Translations under genes and position numbers: made by a program
Assembly (NCBI GenBank): GCA_016195685.1
Contig: JACPZE010000010.1
Coordinates: 16,751-80,750 of the forward strand
Direction of reading: 5' to 3'
DNA length: 64,000 nt
From: Candidatus Gottesmanbacteria bacterium
GTDB taxonomy: Bacteria; Patescibacteriota; Microgenomatia; 2-02-FULL-39-11
Shown: piece by piece, positions 49,108 through 58,918 of the stretch
How the letters are laid out: every line of letters begins with the position of its first letter
How positions within the stretch are numbered: the first letter of the stretch is position 1
The notes under the pieces: generated by a model
What the model saw: the letters and a program-made list of their open reading frames with translations, nothing else
Databases searched by the model: none
Told to the model about the DNA's origin: nothing

Positions 49108-50194
49108 AAGAAAAATCATAAAATACCTTCATATTTTGCAGCCCACGATAAAAGTGGGAATTTTTTTCTTGGTCGCAATAATTGCTTGGCGGTTAGTTTC
49201 TCCAATATATAATTTTTCACGACAAAATCAATTCTCCAAAGATTTTTTCCTCAGCATACTTTTGAATCGTGACCCTCCACTTAAAAAATACCTAGGAAGA
49301 ACTAATATCATTTTATTAGGGATAGGCGGAGGTCAACATGAGGGTGGAGATTTAACTGATGCAATGATCTTTTTCAGTATTGATTATCAAAAAAAAGACA
49401 TTGTAGAGGTGTCAGTACCAAGAGATCTATGGTCTGTCACATTAAAAGACAAAATAAACACAGCATATCATTATGGTGAAGAAAAAAAGAAAGGAGGCGG
49501 ATTAATTTTGGCTAAAGCAATTGTGGAAGAAATAGTAGGGCAACCTGTGCACTATGCATGGTTGATAGACTTTTCGGGTTTTAAGAAACTTATTGATTTA
49601 GTTGGTGGTGTAGATATTGACGTAAAAAATCCATTTATTGACAAAGAATATCCTATTGAGAGTAAGGAGAATGATTTTTGTGGTGGTGATCCGACTTTTG
49701 CTTGTCGATACGAAACCTTAAAATTTGATGGGGGTTTACAACATATGGATGGGGAAAAAGCATTAAAATTTGTCCGATCAAGGCATGCAGAAGGTGAAGA
49801 AGGGACTGACTTTGCGAGAAGCAGAAGACAACAGTTAGTGATATCCTCTTTAAAAAATAGACTTCTGAAGCCTAAATTTTTCTGGCAAAATTTAAAACAT
49901 GCAGAAAAACTTTTTTCTGCTTTTGATGATGCTACAGACACCGATATGAATTTATCTGAGCAGATTTTATTTTTAAAGTCATTTCTTAAATTACCTGAGC
50001 AGAATATAAGGAAAATTGTTTTGGACAATGGTGATGATGAGAAGGGAATAAAGGGATTCTTAGTGAATCCACCAGTTTGGCAATACAACGGCGAGTGGTT
50101 ACTTATTCCTCGAAAAGGAGAAGGTAATTTTGACGAGATACATAATTATATTTCTTGCAACATTGAAAACACAGCTTGTACAATGAGACCTTAA
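49091..50194 (+). CDS. LytR-CpsA-Psr (LCP) family protein
   Basis: N-terminal TM. NIILLGIGGG...DAMIFFSID...VPRDLW matches the LCP core. Confidence 0.85.
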   Translation: MQLKFKRKIIKYLHILQPTIKVGIFFLVAIIAWRLVSPIYNFSRQNQFSKDFFLSILLNRDPPLKKYLGRTNIILLGIGGGQHEGGDLTDAMIFFSIDYQKKDIVEVSVPRDLWSVTLKDKINTAYHYGEEKKKGGGLILAKAIVEEIVGQPVHYAWLIDFSGFKKLIDLVGGVDIDVKNPFIDKEYPIESKENDFCGGDPTFACRYETLKFDGGLQHMDGEKALKFVRSRHAEGEEGTDFARSRRQQLVISSLKNRLLKPKFFWQNLKHAEKLFSAFDDATDTDMNLSEQILFLKSFLKLPEQNIRKIVLDNGDDEKGIKGFLVNPPVWQYNGEWLLIPRKGEGNFDEIHNYISCNIENTACTMRP

Positions 50195-50209
50195 ATGTGT
50201 GGATTACAG

Positions 50210-50863
50210 CTATAGAATTAATCCTACTGCTACAGAAGAAATTCCAATAAAAAACAATACTAGAGTATATTGCATTGATCCAGCGACAGGAGTTTTGGGA
50301 ATAATTACTACAGCAGTAGTGGGGGTTGATGTTTTTGTAGGATTTGTTATTTCTGGTCCACCAATTGGTGGTATTTTTGATGGAACAGGTGTGAAAATAA
50401 CTTTTACAGTAGGTGTTGGTATAGGTAATTTGGTTGGCGTTGGAGTTTTAGTAGGTGTAGGTGTTTTAGTTGGAGTAGACGTTTTAATAGAAGTAACTTT
50501 ATTTGTCGGAGCTGGAGTAGATGATAAAGGTATATCTGTTACAGTAGGATATGTGTTGGGCAACTCGTTTGGTGTCGGAGAATACGACTTGGTTATTAAT
50601 TTTGTGGGTGTCACAGCAGAGGAAATTGTATTAGGAGATGGATTTTTTTGTTTTGGCAAAAACAAAAATCCAATAAAGGCAATACTTAAGACAACTGCAA
50701 GTAATCCAATGATTATAACTACTCTTTCTCCGCTTTGATTTCTTCCTTCAACGACATTATCCATACGTATTACGGATAATTTTTTCTTTAAGAAATAAAT
50801 CGATTCGATTAGAAAAAGTATAAATACAGTAAAGAAAATAACAACGAGCAGAGTAGTCGTCAT
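50210..50863 (-). CDS. Pro/Thr-rich membrane protein (hypothetical)
   Basis: N- and C-terminal TM helices flank TPTKTPTPTKTPTPT repeats. The plus-strand GVGV ORF 50199-50738 is its mirror image. Confidence 0.5.
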   Translation of the reverse strand: MTTTLLVVIFFTVFILFLIESIYFLKKKLSVIRMDNVVEGRNQSGERVVIIIGLLAVVLSIAFIGFLFLPKQKNPSPNTISSAVTPTKLITKSYSPTPNELPNTYPTVTDIPLSSTPAPTNKVTSIKTSTPTKTPTPTKTPTPTKLPIPTPTVKVIFTPVPSKIPPIGGPEITNPTKTSTPTTAVVIIPKTPVAGSMQYTLVLFFIGISSVAVGLIL

Positions 50864-50900
50864 AAGTTAATAGTATGAGGAAGTATGTATAAGTGTCAAG

Positions 50901-52289
50901 CTAAAGATTATGGAAAAAGAAGTAACTTAAGCCAATCAGGAAAAGAGAAGCACCACCGCCTAAAAGAATCAAAGTAGAATTTATATTTCCTGTTTTTGGC
51001 GGGACCATGGGAGTGGTAGAAACCGTGCCTACTGGAATTGACGGAGTTAGGTTTATAGTCGGACTTGGGATCGGGACAAGAGTAATTGTGGGTGATGGTA
51101 ATAATATTAACGTCGGAGTAGCTGTAGGATTTATCGTCGGGGTCAAAGTGGCAGAAGCTGTTGCTTCTCCCAAAACTTGTTCACCACTTTTCAATACTAT
51201 AAAAGTACGAGTGAGAGTAATATAATTTCCTTTCTCATCATATCCTGAAATTCCCAGATGGTGTGTTCCCGGTTCAAGTGCTATTGTAGGACGCCAAACC
51301 CAAGTCCCATCAGCAGCCACAATAATTCTGGATGTTTGGGGTGCAGAATTTACCGTAATTATGAGTTGTTTTCCGGCTAGTCCTATACCTCTAAATCGCG
51401 GTTGGTTGTCGATGGTAGTGTCACCATCTGAAGAAGGAAAAAGAATATCGATTGATTTGTTTGCACCGCCAATTTGTGATTGAATCCCCAAAGTATTTGT
51501 GCTTTTATTTAGGCTGGCAAGAAGATCCTTCTTGCTGATAAGATCGATCAGATTATAAGATTTTCCGATTTGAAGTGGTGGAATGGAAAGATTTTGCCTT
51601 ATTGATTTGATATCGATAACTGCCTCTGCTTTTTTATCCGGAGATGTTTTAGCTGTAATTTGGACGATATCATTGTCACTTAGACTTGGTTTGGATAAAA
51701 GATCATCCGTGCGTAAATTATTAAAAGGAATAACCCAAAGTCCGAGGGAATCTGTTTTGCCTGATAAAGGCGGGCTTTTACCAATTGTAAGATATACGAT
51801 AGCATTGTCAGCAGGTTTATTATCATCTGTAATTAGAGTTCCTCTTGCGGCTGGTAAACTAATAGGATTTGCAAGGTGATTAGCAGTTTTTTGAGTAAAA
51901 GTTGGGCAGTCTCGGGAGATTTTACAGTTTTCCTCCCCGTTTATAATTTTTATCTCATAGGAAGTATTTTCTTTTAGATTTTTAACAGTGACAAAGTGAG
52001 CCATTCTTGGTCGTGCGATATTATCATTATCTGCGTCCTCAAAATATGACATATAACGTCCATTATCATTTACTACAACTGTTTCTATAATGTTCGTCGC
52101 CGTAAACCAGGAGATTGTAAATGAATTATCGGAAATGTTGGTAAAATGTATGTCCTCAAGGCTTGAAATTGTCTGAGCTTTGGATCCTAACTGATGATTA
52201 TTTTGATTAAAGAATATGACGCCGCCGATACCAGCAAACAGAATAAAAAGCGCTAAGATTGTAGGGATTTTTTTTTGTTTACGATACAT
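50901..52289 (-). CDS. FN3-like cell-surface protein with PT-rich stalk and C-terminal PPKTGN + TM segment
   Basis: Signal/TM N-terminus. FN3-like FTNISDNSFTISWFT. C-terminus VPPKTGNINSTLILLGGGASLFLIGLSYFFFHNL resembles an LPXTG-type sorting signal. Confidence 0.55.
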   Translation of the reverse strand: MYRKQKKIPTILALFILFAGIGGVIFFNQNNHQLGSKAQTISSLEDIHFTNISDNSFTISWFTATNIIETVVVNDNGRYMSYFEDADNDNIARPRMAHFVTVKNLKENTSYEIKIINGEENCKISRDCPTFTQKTANHLANPISLPAARGTLITDDNKPADNAIVYLTIGKSPPLSGKTDSLGLWVIPFNNLRTDDLLSKPSLSDNDIVQITAKTSPDKKAEAVIDIKSIRQNLSIPPLQIGKSYNLIDLISKKDLLASLNKSTNTLGIQSQIGGANKSIDILFPSSDGDTTIDNQPRFRGIGLAGKQLIITVNSAPQTSRIIVAADGTWVWRPTIALEPGTHHLGISGYDEKGNYITLTRTFIVLKSGEQVLGEATASATLTPTINPTATPTLILLPSPTITLVPIPSPTINLTPSIPVGTVSTTPMVPPKTGNINSTLILLGGGASLFLIGLSYFFFHNL

Positions 52290-52477
52290 TATTCCTCCCG
52301 GCTCTTTAGTTTCTTGATTATGTCATTATCGAATGTGGGTGTCAACGGAACTACCTGACGCAATTCTTTTTGCGACACTGTGCTGGTAATTCGGGCATGG
52401 TAAATCCCAAAGATAATCCACGCAAAGACAGTGAGGAATATAATGATAGATATAATAGCAATTTCTTTACGGTTCAT
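52289..52477 (-). CDS. Small single-TM protein (hypothetical, pilus operon)
   Basis: 62 aa with one TM. Start and stop overlap the neighbouring genes. Confidence 0.35.
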   Translation of the reverse strand: MNRKEIAIISIIIFLTVFAWIIFGIYHARITSTVSQKELRQVVPLTPTFDNDIIKKLKSREE

Positions 52478-53078
52478 AATATGTAGTTCCCTTTAGTGAC
52501 AATCTAAGCGTAGCACTTTCCGTACCACCAATTTGAGTAAATTCCATAGATTTGATACTTACAATTCTTTGCCAATTAACTAAGTGATTTAAAAATGCCG
52601 AAATAGAAGGATATTTTCCTGTTCCTACTAGAATAAATCCGTATTCATATAATTTACCCAATGTTGGAGGATTTGAAATAGGGACAGGATCGATTTGGAG
52701 TTGATTGACGGAAAAATTTTCCTGGGCTGCAAATTTTTCGACTGCCCTTGCTAATTTACTGAAATAAGAATTAGAAGGAAGTGCGATATCAATAAGCCGG
52801 ATATCATCTCTTATCTGTTCAGTTTCTGACTGAGCTCGCACCAAACTGCCAATTTTATTTTCATAATCAATAGAGAGTTGTTTCAAATCCGCTACCGTTT
52901 TCATAAGAGAGATTGCAGTAATCAGTGTAGGACGTATTGCAAAAAGACCAAAGAAAGATAACGTGAATAATGAAAGTGTAAGAGTAAAGTAAGATGCAGT
53001 TTTCTTGCTTTTCATGAAAGGAGTTATTCTTTGATATGCCTTATTTACGATAGGATGGGAGAATGCTGTAAATTTCAT
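52467..53078 (-). CDS. pilO: Type IV pilus assembly protein PilO-like
   Basis: Basic N-terminus, single TM, coiled coil and periplasmic domain. Position immediately after the PilN-like gene. Confidence 0.6.
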   Translation of the reverse strand: MKFTAFSHPIVNKAYQRITPFMKSKKTASYFTLTLSLFTLSFFGLFAIRPTLITAISLMKTVADLKQLSIDYENKIGSLVRAQSETEQIRDDIRLIDIALPSNSYFSKLARAVEKFAAQENFSVNQLQIDPVPISNPPTLGKLYEYGFILVGTGKYPSISAFLNHLVNWQRIVSIKSMEFTQIGGTESATLRLSLKGTTYYEP

Positions 53079-53084
53079 ACAATA

Positions 53085-53648
53085 CTAGATAAATTCATTT
53101 ATATTTACTTTGGCATCTATTTTAAAATCGATCCTTCCGTCTGCCTTCCGACTCATATCTTGCAAAGTCACCTCTGAAAATTTTTTGTCCTGTTGGATTT
53201 GTCTAAGCATATAGCTGAAACTGCGCAAATTTCCTGATGTTGCCTGAAAACTGATTTTCTCAGTTGTAAGTATCAGACTAGAAAAAATCGTATCTGTAGG
53301 CGTACGTTGCTGTAAAAACCGAATTACTTTAATCAGAGAATCCTGGCGGGTGGAAATAGTGCGAATATTTAACAATTTTCCCTGTACACGACGGGTTTCC
53401 GTTTCAAGATCAGGGAATGAAGATGACTCCAGGACCGCTTGTTCTTGTGTAACCTTTTCTTTTATATCCGTATGCTCCCGGTCTATTTTAAACCTGAAGA
53501 AAAATACAGAAAGTACGACAATTTGAGTGATGATGATGATATATCTGCCGTAGGTTAAAATCCAGGCAAGAAATTGTTCCGATATGGAATCTCCGGTTTG
53601 ATCCTTGATGATCAGATTTATGTTTGCTGATTTTTTACGGGCAGCCAC
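53085..53648 (-). CDS. pilN: Type IV pilus assembly protein PilN-like
   Basis: Short cytoplasmic N-terminus (INLI motif), single TM, periplasmic coiled coil. Confidence 0.6.
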   Translation of the reverse strand: MAARKKSANINLIIKDQTGDSISEQFLAWILTYGRYIIIITQIVVLSVFFFRFKIDREHTDIKEKVTQEQAVLESSSFPDLETETRRVQGKLLNIRTISTRQDSLIKVIRFLQQRTPTDTIFSSLILTTEKISFQATSGNLRSFSYMLRQIQQDKKFSEVTLQDMSRKADGRIDFKIDAKVNINEFI

Positions 53649-53656
53649 AATTTAGA

Positions 53657-53968
53657 TTATACACCGGTTTTGGTTTTTCGGGGAGATTTGGGTTTAGGAG
53701 AAGACTTAGGTTTTTTCTCTGTAACTCGTGGTTTACTTTTCAATAATTTAGAAAGTCTTGATTTGAGTCTAGCAACCTTATTGCTATGGAACACTTTTTT
53801 CTTAGCTGAAATATCAAGTATACTGAAAACTTTTGTCAATAGAGAAGGGGTAGGTTTACGCTTAAAAGACAAGATTGTATCTCGCACACGTTTTTTCACT
53901 AAGAGATTTTGTTGTGCACGTTTCTTGTCTTGTCGCAATTTCTTTTTTGCGCTTTTAATTATCGGCAT
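53657..53968 (-). CDS. rpsT: 30S ribosomal protein S20
   Basis: MPIIKSAKKKLRQDKKRAQQN matches the S20 N-terminus. Internal Met chosen as start; the 12-codon upstream extension is unlikely. Confidence 0.85.
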   Translation of the reverse strand: MPIIKSAKKKLRQDKKRAQQNLLVKKRVRDTILSFKRKPTPSLLTKVFSILDISAKKKVFHSNKVARLKSRLSKLLKSKPRVTEKKPKSSPKPKSPRKTKTGV

Positions 53969-53996
53969 GTGGTGTAGTATACTAAAAGGATGCGAA

Positions 53997-55661
53997 ATGG
54001 TCAAGCTATTTAAACGTACCTTAAGTCTTATTTCTTCCCGTCAAAACAGTATTTTATCTGCTGCTTCGGTAATAATGATGGCAGTGGCCTTGTCGCGATT
54101 TCTGGGGCTTATACGTGATTGGATTTTAGTAACTAAATTCACACCTAAACTTCTAGGTGTTTATATTGCAGCTTTTAGGATTCCCAATATGATCTTTGAA
54201 TTATTAGTTATGGGAGCTCTTACTTCTGCATTCATTCCTGTATTTACAACTTATCTTGACACAAAAGGAAAAGATGTAGCCTTTAAGATGGCATCTTCTG
54301 TAATAAATATCGGGCTTTTCATATTTGTCATTCTCACGATTTTTATGCTCTTATTTACTAAGGAAATTTCTCAAATCCTCGCTCCTGGTTTTACTCCTCA
54401 AGAAATAGAACTTATGGTTTCTTTTACTCGAATAATTATGATTGCTCAAGTTTTCCCTCTTATAATAGGTACTTTTTTTACCGGAATATTACAATCCTTT
54501 AACAATTTTTTACTACCGGCTCTTGCTCCGGTTATTTACAACATCGGGATAATATTGGGTATAGTATTTCTATCGCCTTTTGTTGGGTTATATGGGCCTG
54601 TATGGGGAGTTGTCATAGGTGCAATTCTTTTTGCAGCAATTCAGGCGCCATTGGTTTTTTCTTTGGGATATAAGCCGCAATTAAATTTTGACATAAAACA
54701 TCCTGGAACCAGGGAAATAGGAAAACTCATGTTACCGAGGACTATTGGTTTGGCTGTATCTCAAATAGATACGACTTTTGATCTCATTCTTTCTACCCTT
54801 TTGGGAGGAGTAGCAGTAACAGTCTTTAACTTTGCTCAACATCTTCAACAGGTTCCGATCGGTCTTTTTGGTGCAAGTATTGCACAAGCGACCTTACCGA
54901 CGCTTTCGTCTACATTTGCTCAAAAAAAAATAGAAGAATTTAAAAAAGTCTTTTTCGCAGCTTTTCACCAGATTCTTTTTTTTATTGTTCCGTTATCATC
55001 AATACTCATTGTTTTGCGACTACCGATAGTGAGGCTTGTCTTCGGTATAAAATCACTTCTTGATTTACCAACTACACTTGAGATAAGTCAAACTCTTGCG
55101 ATATTTAGTATTTCACTGTTTGCGCAAGCTTTAGTGCAACTTATTGCCCGAGGTTTCTATGCCTTACACGATAGTAAAACACCTGTCATCATAGGTGCGA
55201 TAGGAGTAGGAGGTAATACAGTTTTATCAATTTTATTTGTTGTTTTCTATCATCTAGGAGTTTGGTCCTTAGCTTTGTCCACTTCTATTGCCAGTATTTT
55301 TCATTTGCTTCTTCTTTTGTTTTTCTTCCATAAAAAAGTCAATCTGTTTGATCGTCTTGAATTATTTTTACCCACGATAAAAATTTTTCTTTCAGGAATG
55401 GTAACCGGGGTCACTCTTTATATCCCAATTAAACTTTTTGACCAATTGGTTTTCGATACTACAAGGACGATAAATCTTATCATGTTGACGTCCGTGTCAA
55501 CAATAATGGGACTATCAGTTTACTTTTTCCTTGCATGGTTTTTAGAAGTACCGGAGATGGATATTATATTCAAGCTTTTCCAAAAAGCAAAAAATATACG
55601 CAGGGGAGCTATTCTTGATACAACTACGGAAATCGAAAATGTACAAGGAACAAAGATATAA
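53997..55661 (+). CDS. murJ: Lipid II flippase MurJ (MviN)
   Basis: MVKLFKRTLSLISSRQNSILSAASVIMMAVALSRFLGLIRD plus 14 TM segments. The ORF-track start at 53670 runs antisense through rpsT and is rejected. Confidence 0.88.
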   Translation: MVKLFKRTLSLISSRQNSILSAASVIMMAVALSRFLGLIRDWILVTKFTPKLLGVYIAAFRIPNMIFELLVMGALTSAFIPVFTTYLDTKGKDVAFKMASSVINIGLFIFVILTIFMLLFTKEISQILAPGFTPQEIELMVSFTRIIMIAQVFPLIIGTFFTGILQSFNNFLLPALAPVIYNIGIILGIVFLSPFVGLYGPVWGVVIGAILFAAIQAPLVFSLGYKPQLNFDIKHPGTREIGKLMLPRTIGLAVSQIDTTFDLILSTLLGGVAVTVFNFAQHLQQVPIGLFGASIAQATLPTLSSTFAQKKIEEFKKVFFAAFHQILFFIVPLSSILIVLRLPIVRLVFGIKSLLDLPTTLEISQTLAIFSISLFAQALVQLIARGFYALHDSKTPVIIGAIGVGGNTVLSILFVVFYHLGVWSLALSTSIASIFHLLLLLFFFHKKVNLFDRLELFLPTIKIFLSGMVTGVTLYIPIKLFDQLVFDTTRTINLIMLTSVSTIMGLSVYFFLAWFLEVPEMDIIFKLFQKAKNIRRGAILDTTTEIENVQGTKI

Positions 55662-55662
55662 A

Positions 55663-57596
55663 TTAGTTATTTACATTTCCATCAAAGTGCCTTTCGATTA
55701 TTTGATCTTTTCCTACGATAATTTTTAAATTATCCAACGCCGCTTCGATAGGAGAAAATGTGAGTATTTTGCCGTTTCTAATGTCTAGAGAAATTGATTT
55801 TTGGAGTAGTTGGTTATCTACAGTGATCCAGAATCCATTTTGATTCCAACCTAGTTCAACATGATGCCATGAATTCCAATCCCAATTGTCGATTGGTATA
55901 GAAAGTGTAGATGGCTGATTTTGCTGAGAGATTGAAAATACAAGTAGATTTTCATTATTGTAATTTTGTTTTGAAAGCGATAATTTATCTATTAAACCCT
56001 CTGTTATTTCAAATGGTGCTTCCAGGATAAAAAAGGATCCGTGTCCACTTTTATCCCACAAAGGTTTCAAATCAAAATTTATTGATCCCGTTGGCAGAAG
56101 ATGAAATTCCGGAGTACTAAAAGAGAGTGGCCCCCCAATATTATTTAAGATTAATGCTTTGTCATATGATTGGATACTGGGTCCATTGATATAAGTAGCA
56201 AGTTGTGAAACACGCGTCAATTCCAAGTAAACGATTGAATTAGCAGGCATGAGGAAATTTTTGCTGATATTACCAGAGGTTGTAGGTATCTCATAAAACC
56301 CTGTTCTATTATCCAAAGGATAGTTATATTTAAGATTATAAACAGCAGGAGAAAGGCCAGTAAAAGTGACAGGAACATTTTCTATATTCCTGCTAGAAAT
56401 ATCATAATTGGCCAAAATTGCTGTTGTATCTGATGACGATATGCTAGTAGCAAGACCGGAAACATATGTACCATCACCAGATAATAATAATTGATTCCCA
56501 GAAAGCTGCGCAAGCTGGGCAAAAGCTTTGTATTTAGGTTTGGAAAATAAAGGTTTATCAGGATCTCTTTCATGGTACATAAGTCCCCATTTGCCTCCCG
56601 TTGGGGGTGGTCCGTCTTTTACCTCAAAATTAAAAGCAAGATTGATCATTTTGTTGAATTGTGAAACTGAGTAAATTGCATAAGCGGCAGCAATATTAGT
56701 ATTGTTAATATCGGAATTTTGTGAATCTATACCCCATTCCGTCAACATCAAAGGCATATTGGCATATGCTGGGTATGAAGATAAAATATTTCTAGTTTTT
56801 TGTGCATCAGATAAATACTCAGAAGGTTTTATCGTATACCTATGCCATGAATAGAAATCAAGTCTAAGATTATTTTGTGCAACGTATGAAACGAAATTAT
56901 TGATCCAATTCGGATAATATGACCCGACTGCCGGGCCACCTAGGTAAAACTTATTTGCGTTCTTTGTTTCATTGGCGGCCTGTGCTGCATAAAAATATAA
57001 CAGGCGATAATCTTTGGGACTATCAAATTTCCAACTGCCGAATTGCGGAAGTTCCGGTTCGTTCCATACTTCATAATAGATATTAGACAAGTTTCTGGTG
57101 TTTTTACCGCTGTAGTGTTGGATAGTTGCTTCTACTAGATCTTTCCAGTTATTCCAATCTTTAGGGATATCGATGATTGATCCTGAAGCTGTGAAATCTT
57201 TTGGCATATAAGATAGACTGAAAAATGGCAGAGCACCCATGCTTATAATGTCATCGACTACTTTATCTAATGTAGAAAAGTTATAAACAAATTCATTCCC
57301 GTTTTTAGAAACAATATTATTTGAATCATAGATATGGTCAAGTCTTATATATTTAGGTGATAATTCCTTCATTTTTCCGATAAGAGGGGATAATACGGGT
57401 GGTGCCTCCTCACCTCCTTGTGAAAATGCAGCCCAGGAATTATTTATCGGTCCTATTATATTTTTAGTCTCAATTATAATGTTGGCAGGTTTTACTGCTG
57501 CAAATCCCATAAGTTGTTGGATCTCTCTTTGTCCGAAAACTACTATGGGAAGCGTAAGTAAAAACAACAAAAGAAAAAACAATTTCTTGTTCATAG
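55663..57596 (-). CDS. Secreted clan GH-A glycoside hydrolase (GH39/GH5-like) with C-terminal beta-sandwich region
   Basis: Signal peptide MNKKLFFLLLFLL. YEVWNEP (acid/base NEP) and LTEWGID (nucleophile TEW) motifs. Alternative upstream start at 57651. Confidence 0.65.
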
Positions 57597-57644
57597 TTTT
57601 ATCGTAACACGTGCTCATTTGTGGTGCAAAACCATAGAGAGGTC

Positions 57645-57681
57645 TTGACAAAGATTAGCAGTCATGTTATTTTAGTGCTAA
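57645..57681 (+). promoter_or_regulatory. hrcA operon promoter (TTGACA) with CIRCE-like operator TTAGCAGTC-N9-TAGTGCTAA
   Basis: -35 TTGACA at 57645-57650. CIRCE-like inverted repeat at 57655-57681 ends 8 nt before the hrcA ATG. Confidence 0.6.
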
Positions 57682-57688
57682 TCCTAAT

Positions 57689-58420
57689 ATGACAGAGTTA
57701 AATGAAAGACAATCACATATTCTTAAGGCAATCATAGAAGAATATATAGAAACAGCCGAACCGGTAGGTTCGGAAACTTTAGACAAGAAATATAATCTTG
57801 GTATCTCACCAGCAACCATAAGAAATGAAATGGTTAGTCTTACAAATATAGGATATCTAAAGCAGCCTCATACATCTGCCGGCAGAACACCTACTTCTGT
57901 TGCTTTGAAACTATATGTAGATAAACTCATGAAGACTAAAGAAATGTCTGTATCAGAAGAGGTTACGGTAAAACAAAATATTTGGGATTACCGAGCTGAG
58001 ATGGATAAGTTGCTTCGTGAAGCTACCAAATCTCTGGCCAAACATACAAAAACGATGTCTCTAGCCGCTACAGATGAAGGTGACATTTATTCTTCAGGTG
58101 TAGGTAACATTTTAGACATGCCTGAATTTTATGATATTGACGTAACTAAACATTTACTTGAGACGCTTGATGATTATAGTTACTGGTGGAGTATAATTTC
58201 TGATTTAACACAAAGCAGTCATCCATTGGCAATATTCATCGGAGAAGATTTAAAAAGAAGACTCCTAAATGACTGCGGAGGAGTATTTATACGGTTTAAA
58301 TCACCTTCCCATCAAGGTGCAATTGGAGTGGTTGGCCCGTACCGGTTAAATTACTCCAGAATTATCCCGGTTGTACAGTATATGGGAGATTTAATTAATG
58401 AAATTGCTTCAAGTTGGTAA
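57689..58420 (+). CDS. hrcA: Heat-inducible transcription repressor HrcA (short form)
   Basis: RQSHILKAIIEEYIETAEPVGSETL winged-helix N-terminus. Position upstream of grpE-dnaK. Confidence 0.88.
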   Translation: MTELNERQSHILKAIIEEYIETAEPVGSETLDKKYNLGISPATIRNEMVSLTNIGYLKQPHTSAGRTPTSVALKLYVDKLMKTKEMSVSEEVTVKQNIWDYRAEMDKLLREATKSLAKHTKTMSLAATDEGDIYSSGVGNILDMPEFYDIDVTKHLLETLDDYSYWWSIISDLTQSSHPLAIFIGEDLKRRLLNDCGGVFIRFKSPSHQGAIGVVGPYRLNYSRIIPVVQYMGDLINEIASSW

Positions 58421-58429
58421 ATAAGTACA

Positions 58430-58882
58430 ATGACGAAAAAATTAAACGATGAAGATATTGAAAAGATAAAGCAGGAGTCTGACGGATGGAAAGCAAAGTA
58501 CTTGCGTGCTCTGGCAGATTATCAAAATCTGGAAAAAAGAGTTGGAGAGCAAAAACAAGAGTTCGTGAGATACGCCGCCGAAAAATTAATTTATGAATTA
58601 TTGACGGTTTTGGATACTCTTGAAAAAGCACAGGAACATTTAAATGATCCCGGGTTAACTTTAGGAATAAAAAATTTCAAAGTTATACTAGAAGCGAATG
58701 GACTTAAAAAAATTGAAGTGTTGGGTAAAAAATTTGATCCTTTAGAGATGGAATGTATAGAAGTTGTAGGAGAAAGTAAAAAAGATGAGGTGATTGAAGA
58801 ATTAAGATCAGGATACAAATTGGGAGATAAAGTTATAAGGGTGGCTCAAGTTAAAGTAGGAGAGAAGTCTAATATTAATTAA
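58430..58882 (+). CDS. grpE: Nucleotide exchange factor GrpE
   Basis: ALADYQNLEKR coiled-coil. C-terminal beta-domain GDKVIRVAQVKV. Confidence 0.9.
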   Translation: MTKKLNDEDIEKIKQESDGWKAKYLRALADYQNLEKRVGEQKQEFVRYAAEKLIYELLTVLDTLEKAQEHLNDPGLTLGIKNFKVILEANGLKKIEVLGKKFDPLEMECIEVVGESKKDEVIEELRSGYKLGDKVIRVAQVKVGEKSNIN

Positions 58883-58918
58883 CAAAATTCATTTAATAAA
58901 TAATAAGGAGGAATTTAT

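Noticed and set aside
50199-50738. Plus-strand ORF encoding GVGVLVGVGV repeats
   Set aside because: It is the reverse-complement shadow of the Pro/Thr (TPTKTPTPT) repeat in the minus-strand membrane protein. The minus-strand product has TM anchors and matches the architecture of the neighbouring FN3/PT-stalk protein.
53670-53996. 109-codon N-terminal extension of murJ in the ORF track
   Set aside because: The extension runs antisense through the entire rpsT gene and is compositionally odd. The MurJ homology begins at the internal Met (53997).
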